Of a stretch of 64,000 nucleotides of DNA, positions 23,521 to 33,457 are shown in pieces. A model generated the notes under the pieces. It made no database searches and had not been told where the DNA came from. It worked only from the letters and a program-made list of their open reading frames with translations. Source of the DNA: Schmidtea polychroa (taxonomy: Eukaryota). The translations under genes and the position numbers were made by a program. How positions within the stretch are numbered: the first letter of the stretch is position 1; each line of letters begins with the position of its first letter. Where the stretch lies: positions 29,824,001-29,888,000 of the forward strand of contig CM097885.1 in NCBI GenBank assembly GCA_044892525.1, written 5' to 3'.

Positions 23521-26503
23521 ACCAAATTAATTAATGTTTTCACTAACACAAATATATATTTACAGAGGCCTCCCACTAGTTGGATTACAACCGCCCACCA
23601 CGACGATCAGCTTGTAAATATATATTAATTAAGGGATAAAGAGGACCCACCCAACCCTATTATATTTAATTTACAAATTTTTCTCGCTCTTCTGCTGGTA
23701 TTCTATCTCAAAATTATCATCTCCATCGGGCCATTTGGAATACATCTTGCGAATTGGACATATTTCTTAGTTTCTGATGTGGCGTCAACTATCATTGCTA
23801 AAATTTATATTGATTTAAAAGCAATTAACTTACATTATCTAGCATTTTATCGTCACAGGCTTGATAAATTAGGCAACTGTTATTTGTGGTATACTTTTTC
23901 AATGTCATTTCCCACCATAAAACACAGATACCTAAATATAATATATATATTTTAAAGAATTAATTCATGTCTTACATTAATAATAATATTCTTCAGGTAG
24001 TACTTTACAATATCTAATTGCTAAAACATCGGTTTTCCCATTTTTCTTGACAATCGTTGAAAGTTTACATAATTTAAGTCTGATAATTCATGTTGAAGGA
24101 CACCCACAATCAGCTAATTCATTTAAGAAATCCGGAACATAGCAATGTTTCACCATTTTGTCTGGTTCATTTTTTTCTATAATTCATGTTTTAATAAGAA
24201 ATTTCTAAATCCAGAACATAAGTCATTTAGTGTTTCACCATTTTATCTGGTTCATCTTCTTCATAATCATATAATTCATTTTCTTCATTACTAAGTAAAA
24301 TAATTAAAATATTGTAGTAAATTCTTTATTTACTTACTTTATGGATACTAAAACGAAAGAAATAAAGTTATATCAAAAGTATATTTAAATAATTTAAATT
24401 TAAATAATTTAATTTAGTTATTTAAAAATATTTAAACAATTTAGTTATTTAAGCATATTTAAACATTAACATTATTATATAGTATAATTTTATATAATAT
24501 TATAATTTTATGTACACTTATATATCCTTCATTTAATTTTTTAAATTCAAAATTTATAATGAAGATTCTTTGAATTAAAAAATATTCTGTTAGTATTTCC
24601 AGGCAGTAAACAACGAATTCAATAATTAAAATCTTAATTTTCATGTTGTTAGGGTTGTGGCCAGAAGTTAATCGCCATCTAATCGTTTGTTCTCAATTTA
24701 GCTCATTTTTGTTCAAAACATTCAGGTGAGTTGTTATCTGGAAAGTTTCTTTGAGCTCAGTTTTGTTAAAACACTCACGGTATTTTTGAGGGACGTGTCA
24801 CTGGAAATAAATTAACAATGGGTAGTCATACATACATGTTGTTGGTTTGAACTGTTGATTTATTTTAGAAATATGTATATTAAAAACATTTAAGGTATCA
24901 TTCAGTAAAATAATATAGTATTTTTGAGTATTTTTAGTTGATTTATAAATAACAGTATTTTGATATATCAATAAAGACCATATACTCCTAGTTTATCCGA
25001 CAAAATATTCTGTCCCCCTATGGGTATTGCTAGCAAGGGTACTGGTCACACTCAACATGTCGCAATATTAATCATTTAGAAATTCTTAGGTAATTTAGTG
25101 AGATGATCGTGAATATTTTAAATGTAACTTTACACTTATGTCGAGCGACTAATTTATTGGTTAACTTTTTAGACATTTAAAGCAAAAGGTAATTTATTCA
25201 TCTAATGTTCGTTACAATAGATAATAATATGAGAAAAACATGGTCATTATTCATTGATAATTTTAAATTCTTTATCATTTAGAGTAAATTTGTTTGAGGC
25301 AAAAATAATTAAAGGAGTCATAATAGAAATATGGTTATCATTTATCCAATTAAGGGGCTTATTAGTTAGAAATATAAAGTAACAATTCTTTTCTAATTTA
25401 ATTAGATGATCATTAGACGTAGTATATCTTTGCGAGAAATTTAAGATGTTTGAGTAACCAAAACAATGATATTTTGGATCATCAATTTATGAATATTGGT
25501 TAATTTTGTTATTTTTAGTCATTTAAAATAATATTTAGCAAAGGTAATTTAGCAAAATATCATTTATCCATCCGATAATAATATTCCTTCAATAGATTTT
25601 ACCTTTAATATTCAACCGATTTAATTTCTAGAAATCTAATTAAAATCATAAAATTCCTTCAATAAAGTTAAATTTTCTTTAGCCGTTGTCGATTTCCAAC
25701 TTTTAAGTCAATATTTCTCAAGTTTTGTCACTGATGTTCCCACAATGAATAAAATAACTTCTTAAGTAAATAATTTAAAGCAATAACCTTTGATATCAAT
25801 CCCAATTAATTCTAAAGATTTCAAATATTTCATTGTGAAAACCAAGTAAATTGATCATTAACCCTAAACGACTTAATAAAACAATGGATAATTAATATAA
25901 AACTGGTTCTAAAACATAAATCTAAATTACTGTGCAATAACATTCATCACAACCTAATAAACCTCTAAAACGATATAATTTCACAGGAACTATTATTAAT
26001 TCATAGCTAAATACTGACTATTTCCCTTTAAAATTTTACCAATAAGAACATTGTCGATTTAAATAGAGATTTCAAACATTTCCACCTTAACCGATCCCTC
26101 ACCAAATATTTCTATCATTTTAAACACCTTAAAAATCGTATATTACCATCTTAACCAACCGACTTTAATATATCAGACCTTTAATATATCAATTCTCTTA
26201 AAATCCATAGAAAATTCTTCAAAATATGAATTTTATTTATTTGTTACAGACATCCGTCCATTGAAATAATTTAGTATCTAAATTCATGTAGTAAGAGCCC
26301 ATTAAAAAAATCAAAATTCACTAAAATCAATATTTTCTACAAATATTTCACCACATTTACCATCAAATACCTAACTAGAAATGAAATATATTGATTGATC
26401 ATAATTCTTCATCGATTCAGCTAATTATATAGCAATTATAACGTGATATATCTTTCAAAATCACAAATTTCAGTATATTTTACAATAATTTTTACAAAAA
26501 TTA

Positions 26504-26540
<37 letters not shown>

Positions 26541-26573
26541 TAATAATAATAATATTAATAATATTAATAATAA

Positions 26574-26640
<67 letters not shown>

Positions 26641-26670
26641 AACAACAACAAAGGATACAAAATACATTTA

Positions 26671-27054
26671 TTAATCATCAAATTTTTTATACAACAACCA
26701 AGCTAAACAATGTTGACCGCATGTTTGTGTCAAGGGATTTTGAAACATTGTTTTATTATATACAATAGGTTTCCCCATTGTTTGTAGTTTTGATACCAAC
26801 AAAGCAGGGTAATAGAAACCCATAGGATCGAACACGAATATATTACTAGGTTTCACATATATAGCAATCCAATGTTCTCCACCAAGATGAGACGATTGAG
26901 TATTGACGATTATGGCTTGATTATTGCTCAAATATGGGATTTTATCGAGAGGAAAAACTCCTACAAATTCATTTCCCAATATCTGTTTTCCAATTCTATT
27001 GACCTGAACAGAACTACTTTAATAAATTAAACAGTATTGAAAAACTTACTCCAT
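26671..27054 (-). CDS. Polinton cysteine protease (copy 2; intron 27017-27049)
   Basis: Identical to copy 1. Confidence 0.85.
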
Positions 27055-27082
27055 GACAACTTTTTGGTGTTTCTGTATACAT

Positions 27083-28306
27083 TTATACTAGCACGGTTCT
27101 ATTTGCAGTAATTTGAACTTCATTTTCAAATACTCCATATATTATAACATGTACTGGTTCAGTAATGGCCTTTGCAAACTTTATATCCAGTCGTAAATTC
27201 CCGTTTTGTGGTAATTGACTCTGATTTAAATCAAAATCGGGAGCTAGAACAAATGTGAAAAATGGGTATTTGCTTTTAAATTCTTCAAGAGTTATTCCGC
27301 AATTCAAGTTTTTATCTAAATAACCCAGATTTCTAACAATACTCTGCATATATGTCGCACAGTAATTATCATTCTCGAAATCTTGAGTATATGTTTCTCT
27401 ATAATCAGTATTTTTCGATAAAGTCAATGAAGTAACACCAAAATTTTTGAAAATTGAGCTGGAAGCAGTATACGATCCATTATATTGCGTTTCACTTTGA
27501 AATGTTACCAGAATAAAATTAGGCATTCTTCTGTCACCAAATATTTGTTCTTTATAGAATGATGAAGCACCTTTAGCAATAGCAAATTGTACAATTTCCT
27601 TTGTTTTTAAAGGATAAATTGCATGTTTTGAATTAAGCCCCAATTGATGACCAGCTAATACTGACGGGTCTACTCGAACTCTTCTCACCAATAATTTTGC
27701 ATCAACTAATTGACATATTGGTGCACCAGTTGCACTAGTAAGAGACAATGCAGAATCAGATCTTTTCAGTCTAATATGTATATTAACTCCCGGTAGTAAA
27801 TATTTCGGTTGATCCATAAAATCAAGTTGTAATGATGAGCACATAGTGAATACTTTTGAGCCTTTAACCCACTTTTTTCTTTCATCATCTGCTGCTGCAT
27901 AACCCATAGGTGTAAGACAGGTATTTTTAGTATCTGAATTGTAATTTAAAATAGTTTCTATCAAAGCCTTGTGAATGAATGTATTATTTCCACCCTCAAT
28001 CTTGATATTATTAAATCCCAACACTGCATCTTTAAACAGAGTATGAAACATGAAATTGTTTGGTAATACATCCGCATTGGCATCCAAAACCTTTCTATCT
28101 TTATCTACAACCTTGATCTGAACAGTCAATAAAGTATCGTTCAAATCTAAATATTCAGTTTGCGAACCATTAATATAAAACTCGATATCATTTCTACTAT
28201 CAGTAATTGAATTCATAGGAAAAACTTCCTCAAAGGCACCAAATTCTATTACTGCCTGGGGCGACGGTCTATCAAATATACATAATTCGGATTTACCACA
28301 AATCAT
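27083..28306 (-). CDS. Polinton major capsid protein (copy 2)
   Basis: Same protein as 1841-3064. Confidence 0.88.
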   Translation of the reverse strand: MICGKSELCIFDRPSPQAVIEFGAFEEVFPMNSITDSRNDIEFYINGSQTEYLDLNDTLLTVQIKVVDKDRKVLDANADVLPNNFMFHTLFKDAVLGFNNIKIEGGNNTFIHKALIETILNYNSDTKNTCLTPMGYAAADDERKKWVKGSKVFTMCSSLQLDFMDQPKYLLPGVNIHIRLKRSDSALSLTSATGAPICQLVDAKLLVRRVRVDPSVLAGHQLGLNSKHAIYPLKTKEIVQFAIAKGASSFYKEQIFGDRRMPNFILVTFQSETQYNGSYTASSSIFKNFGVTSLTLSKNTDYRETYTQDFENDNYCATYMQSIVRNLGYLDKNLNCGITLEEFKSKYPFFTFVLAPDFDLNQSQLPQNGNLRLDIKFAKAITEPVHVIIYGVFENEVQITANRTVLV

Positions 28307-28665
28307 TTTGCAAATATAGTTCCATGTCCTTTCATTCGTTTGTTTATACGCGATATTCCATGCCCTTTACGTTTTGGAGCTGGGACTGGAGGTGTATCTT
28401 TTTGAAACATACCAGCAACTCCAGGTAGAACCTTCCCTAACTCAGCTAAAGCATTTGTTTTTAGGGATGGTAATATTTTCTGTTCATTAATAATCACATC
28501 TTTTGCAGTTTTCATGCCAAAACTACCAATACGTTTAAGAATGGGAAGTGCAAATCTCCCTATTGTTTTTAACCAACCTGATCCATACTGTTTACCAATA
28601 AAATATGGTAATTCACCACCAGATTGGCTATCACTATACATACTAATAATATCGGAATTAGCCAT
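28303..28665 (-). CDS. Small basic virion/core protein (copy 2)
   Basis: Identical to 3061-3423. Confidence 0.7.
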   Translation of the reverse strand: MANSDIISMYSDSQSGGELPYFIGKQYGSGWLKTIGRFALPILKRIGSFGMKTAKDVIINEQKILPSLKTNALAELGKVLPGVAGMFQKDTPPVPAPKRKGHGISRINKRMKGHGTIFAK

Positions 28666-29711
28666 CTACTTTACGAAAATGTAGTGTCAAATGAGTTTTT
28701 GAGTCTTTTGGGAAGTTTATAAGTTTTCCACTATCGTCACGAATATTTATTTCTATATTGTTTATACATGAGCTTGAAATTGGTAAATACATGGGATTAT
28801 CTATATTTATATTGACAACTTCATCATGTTCATATTTTCCAATCCACACCGATTTCAATAGAGGAACACTGGAATCACCAACTATTATAGGCTCAATAAT
28901 ATTAGTATATATGAACATTTGTTGATGATGTTCAAGTATTCTTGGTTTACGTATACCAGCCGATTTTTCCCGATATTGCTGCTTCTCTAATCCAAGTGTA
29001 TTTGTCAAATTTTTCGCAAATGTCATCATTCAAACTGAAGGTAAATAACAAATCTTTCACAATATCCAAACTTTTAAATATGTGTGAACAATTATACTTT
29101 AAATATTTAAGTAACACATCAAGTTTATCAATATATAATTCGTCAGCGAAGGTGAATGATTCTTCAACTTCATTATTATACGACACTGAAATTTTGATTT
29201 CTTCTCTCATTACACTGTTTGCTTCAAATAGATCAAAGCGTAATAAATATTCTGTTTCCATAACTTCATTTTTCAACTTATTGCAACCCATTCGTCTGGC
29301 ATCTTCAATATAATCGAATGTTATTGTAAATGGTTTAAAATCACAACTGATATTTAATCCATCCTTGTAAAACATAGTGCAATGCTGATCTAATATTTGA
29401 TTCGGAATATGATATGTTTTATCATAATTACTGATAATAAAGATACCACTACATGTTTTCATAGCATTCCTTTTGAAATCAATCTTACATTGACTATAAA
29501 ATGGGAATGTATTGTACACGAATGTAAAATCTTGCAGTGCAACTTCCCAGTCACCATTTAAAGAAATCGGATTCTGGAGATTGACCATGAATTTACTGGC
29601 TTGATTATCTGAATAAATAAGCGGGCAACTATTGCTTGGTAAAATAGTATAAAAATTCACTTTACTAGGTCCTTTTCTGATATCCATGATGGGTTTTGAT
29701 AACCATGCCAT
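28658..29711 (-). pseudogene. Frameshifted minor capsid protein (copy 2)
   Basis: Same split as copy 1. Confidence 0.8.
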
Positions 29712-30712
29712 TTGACATAGTATTGTTTATCCTTGCCTTTATTTTTAGTTTTCAAAATCTTCTGAATTCTAAATACTTTTGGGGGAGGAATAACTTGTAA
29801 TTCCTGCTCATAAAATTTTCCTTGTACAATATTGTTATCATTGTCTTTGATGACATACATTACAGGATTCTGTTTAGTATTTATTTTTGAAATTACAAAG
29901 ACTTCATCACTCCAATTCGTATCAAAATTTTTAATAAATGGTGATGCACTAATTTTACTAATTCTAACATGGTCACCTACTTTATATTTCGGTTTTGTAA
30001 CTTTTTCAGATTTTTTAGAATAGATTGTTTTTGACGTGATATCAGTCGGCCTTAATCCATTCAGTCCTTGATGTGATGAGTGATTATAACTGGTTATTAT
30101 TTTTGGTAAAACCAATACCCATTTTTTATTACCTTGATGCACGAATAATTTCTTTAATCTATCTCTCAAAGTTCGGTTAAATCTTTCAACATGAGCAGCT
30201 TTGTATTGAGAATGTACTGAGTAATGGTTTATTTTCAATTTATTGAGGATTTGCTTGACTTTACTGTTGTAGAATTCTTTACCTAAAATAATAATAATAA
30301 TAATAAAAATAATAATATTAATACCTAAATCAGTTTGCAAGTTTTTAGGATGTCCATCTTTAAATAAATGATTAACAGCTTTGGACATTTCATCTGCAGA
30401 TTTTGCCTTGACGGGTATTGCTCGGGCAAACCGACTGAATACATTAATACATGTTAAAATATATTTATACCCATTGTTAATTTTCGAATAGGGTATCATC
30501 TCCATCAAATCCATTTGCCATAAATCATTTATTCCATATGTTTTATATGCTCTTGTTGGGAATCGTTTCTGCATTGGTTTGTTCAAACTGTACGCAAGCT
30601 GGTCTGATAACCACTTCTGAGTTTCCTTTTTCGAATTCGGAACTCTTTTCCTTAATTTTGCCACTCCACCAAAACCGGCTTCGTCTTCCGGGTTCGTCCA
30701 AATCTTCTCCAT
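29657..30712 (-). CDS. Chromo-integrase (copy 2; intron 30283-30324; D->N in IDVFSR)
   Basis: As copy 1, with a substitution at 30445. Confidence 0.9.
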   Translation of the reverse strand: MEKIWTNPEDEAGFGGVAKLRKRVPNSKKETQKWLSDQLAYSLNKPMQKRFPTRAYKTYGINDLWQMDLMEMIPYSKINNGYKYILTCINVFSRFARAIPVKAKSADEMSKAVNHLFKDGHPKNLQTDLGINIIIFIIIIIILGKEFYNSKVKQILNKLKINHYSVHSQYKAAHVERFNRTLRDRLKKLFVHQGNKKWVLVLPKIITSYNHSSHQGLNGLRPTDITSKTIYSKKSEKVTKPKYKVGDHVRISKISASPFIKNFDTNWSDEVFVISKINTKQNPVMYVIKDNDNNIVQGKFYEQELQVIPPPKVFRIQKILKTKNKGKDKQYYVKWHGYQNPSWISEKDLVK

Positions 30713-30773
30713 TACAACAAGAAGATTTAATATTAAATTTAATGTCTGGTAATGAAGGATTAGCACCCATTGT

Positions 30774-31262
30774 TTATGATCGACTTCCTATTGTTCCACC
30801 TAATAATGATATTGCTAAAGGTATCAATGCACCGATAAATCCCCCTTGTTGTTTATATATAATTTTTCTCATTTGTTGACGATTTTTATTATTTACTAAT
30901 GATAGCAAAGGTTTCCTATATTTACTCAATAATTGCTTTTTAGATTTACTGATTTTAATCTTGCCTTTGACTACTTTAAGTATAATATCGAGTAAATCAT
31001 CGACAACATAATTTGGAAATGATTGCAAAATACTGTTTCTTTTCATACTTGGTGCCTTTAACAATGTATTGAAAAACGGGAAACTCCGATGATTTTTAAC
31101 AACTTTTACTTTCTTAGTGGTTTTACTTTTAGGTTTAGGATTTTTCGAAATAAGATTCATTGCAGGAAAATTTTCTGTAATAAGATCTTTAGATGGAGTA
31201 TAACTAGTTGTTGGTGGAACTTTTGTTTGTTTTTTACCCGATATCCTTGTTTTTGAAAACAT
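30774..31262 (-). CDS. pX-like basic protein (copy 2)
   Basis: Two amino-acid differences from copy 1. Confidence 0.72.
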   Translation of the reverse strand: MFSKTRISGKKQTKVPPTTSYTPSKDLITENFPAMNLISKNPKPKSKTTKKVKVVKNHRSFPFFNTLLKAPSMKRNSILQSFPNYVVDDLLDIILKVVKGKIKISKSKKQLLSKYRKPLLSLVNNKNRQQMRKIIYKQQGGFIGALIPLAISLLGGTIGSRS

Positions 31263-31275
31263 GATTTATATGTTT

Positions 31276-31914
31276 TCAACTTTGTTTTGAACTTTGTTTA
31301 TATACCATGGCACCTTTTGGGTTGAAAATATCTGTTTTTACCCGTATATCATCAGGGCATTGTTGTGTGAAATCGAGAAATATATACCCATGCGGTATTT
31401 TCGTGGCATCTTGAAATGCACTGATAAGAAAATTACGGTTATTAGGGTATGCTTGTCGTCCAAGAAAATCAATGACAGTTGCATCTCTAGGATTCTTGAA
31501 AATAACTAAATATTGTACATTTAAATTACGTGTTCGATGTGCACCACCTTGATGAAATAGATTTTGTGTTATGAAAATAACTGTTACACCAACATGTCTG
31601 CTGATTTTTGTGAATAAATTATTAAAGTCCTTTTCTTTATTGGCTTCTTGATACAAATCATCGATAATGATGACATCATCTTTCTTCAAACGACTTGACC
31701 AGTTTTTATCAAAGCCCTTTACTATTTTCATGTTTTTCAACTGACAGAAACTTGATTGCGTCAATCCGTGTTCTTCGTCGGCGCCCCTATGCCAATAAAT
31801 ATTGTTGAATTTTGTTTTAAACAAATTTGATTTTAGTAATTTACAAACAAATAAAGTTTTCCCGCTACCACTTGGACCAACGATTTGGTATACTGCATCA
31901 TTTCGTAATTCCAT
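31276..31914 (-). CDS. Polinton genome-packaging ATPase (A32/FtsK-HerA family)
   Basis: Walker A GPSGSGKT, Walker B IIIDDL, SRH, ITQNLF, FKNPRD and PHGYIFLD motifs. Confidence 0.93.
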   Translation of the reverse strand: MELRNDAVYQIVGPSGSGKTLFVCKLLKSNLFKTKFNNIYWHRGADEEHGLTQSSFCQLKNMKIVKGFDKNWSSRLKKDDVIIIDDLYQEANKEKDFNNLFTKISRHVGVTVIFITQNLFHQGGAHRTRNLNVQYLVIFKNPRDATVIDFLGRQAYPNNRNFLISAFQDATKIPHGYIFLDFTQQCPDDIRVKTDIFNPKGAMVYKQSSKQS

Positions 31915-32018
31915 TTTTTAAATTTAAACTATATAATTATTGTTTATATTGATAATTTAAATGAACTCTGTTTTTAAATACCTATATATATCAAAGTTTT
32001 TAAAATTATTTCATTAAA

Positions 32019-32483
32019 ATGCTTTCAAATATAAATTACAGGGCAAAAACTGATGTATCAAAAATGGTATTTCCAATAGGGAAACCACAACAACTTATCA
32101 ATAGAAGTAATAAATATCCAATAATATATTTCAAAACTGGTAAATGTAGAATTATGGGGTGTAAGGAAATAATCAAAGCTAGTGAATATAATGTTTATGA
32201 TTTAGAAATACAATCGATAACCGTAACTTCCGATATAGGTTTTTCTTGTAATTTAAATAAATTAGCTAAATTAATACCATGCTTTTATGAACCAGAATTA
32301 TTTCCAGCTTTGAGATATATAAAATATAACCCTATGTGTGTAAATATATTCGCTAGTGGTAAGATAGTAATTCTTGGAATAAAAAATATTGATTACAAAT
32401 GTATAGTTGATAATATCATATCTGAAATTAAATCAATAATTGAAGGAAAAGAATTTTTAGATTTTTTATTATCACTTAATTAA
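32019..32483 (+). CDS. TATA-binding-protein-like protein (minimal TBP fold)
   Basis: IIYFKTGKCRIMG (repeat 1); LNKLA...YEPELFPALRY...VNIFASGKIVILG (repeat 2). Confidence 0.85.
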   Translation: MLSNINYRAKTDVSKMVFPIGKPQQLINRSNKYPIIYFKTGKCRIMGCKEIIKASEYNVYDLEIQSITVTSDIGFSCNLNKLAKLIPCFYEPELFPALRYIKYNPMCVNIFASGKIVILGIKNIDYKCIVDNIISEIKSIIEGKEFLDFLLSLN

Positions 32484-32591
32484 TTATTTATCATTCAATT
32501 AAAACAAAAACATACTGCAATCTGATTGGATGATAAACAATAGTCATAGGTATAAAAACCCTGTACCATTTCATTTTAATCATAATTCACA

Positions 32592-33011
32592 ATGACCAAG
32601 AAAATTTCAAGCACTGAAAAACCAAAAGTAGTTCCAGAACTTGTACAACCTGTTCAAATGTTCCACAACTACAAAATGTATTTTTTAAAAGAAGAAATCA
32701 ATATGAAATTGGTGTCACCGATCAAGCTAATTCCTACCCAATTTCAATTCTTAACCGGCACGCTTTCAATGTTAGATATTAAAACCATAGATGATGTTTT
32801 CAAAAGGTTGAATACGAATCTATCATGCAATCAATATGCATTTTTCAACAACCGATATGCAAAATTTTATGATTCCTTTGATGAAATCAGTTTCAAAGAA
32901 AACGAAAATTGGTATATAACAATTACAATCCAAGGATATAAAGTTGATAATAATGATGTGTATTCTCCAATTTGGAAAATTATGTCTGCTAGACTTTCAC
33001 AGTTATTTTAA
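32592..33011 (+). CDS. Hypothetical Polinton protein, possibly an OB-fold ssDNA-binding protein
   Basis: Clean 139-aa ORF; TATAAAA at 32550; AATAAA downstream. C-terminal beta pattern ITIQGY...PIWKI. Confidence 0.6.
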   Translation: MTKKISSTEKPKVVPELVQPVQMFHNYKMYFLKEEINMKLVSPIKLIPTQFQFLTGTLSMLDIKTIDDVFKRLNTNLSCNQYAFFNNRYAKFYDSFDEISFKENENWYITITIQGYKVDNNDVYSPIWKIMSARLSQLF

Positions 33012-33107
33012 TGTTGTATTTAATAAATGTATTTAGTCATATTTGTTTTCGCTTATATTCTATATTTTCTATAAACAAATATATACTATAGTTTTAAAAT
33101 ACTAATA

Positions 33108-33457
33108 ATGACTACAGAAAAAGGTTAATATGATTAGTTAATTATCGAATTATTTAATATTTAGAATTTATAATAAACTTTTTATTGGAAAAGTTAGCAG
33201 AAATATCTGGTGTGAAAATTGAGGACATATTATCTGTTACAAACGCATTAAATATCGGCTGGGTAGCAGAGAGTGAAGATTCGGAATTTGATGAAACAGA
33301 TGAAGAAAACACTCAAGATGATGAGGAAAGCATTCAAGAAATTGATGAACCTATGGAGGAATTTACGGATACTGAACCGTGTGTATATAGGGATTGTATA
33401 GATCATGTTGTTGAAAATGTTATGAACTGTGGAGATGATGAATGTGAATGTGGATAA
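33108..33457 (+). CDS. Acidic hypothetical protein, spliced (41-nt intron at 33124-33164)
   Basis: ATG ACT ACA GAA AAA G|gt...ag|AA TTT joins in frame to ORF 33185-33457 (MTTEKEFIINFLLEKLAE...). Confidence 0.65.
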
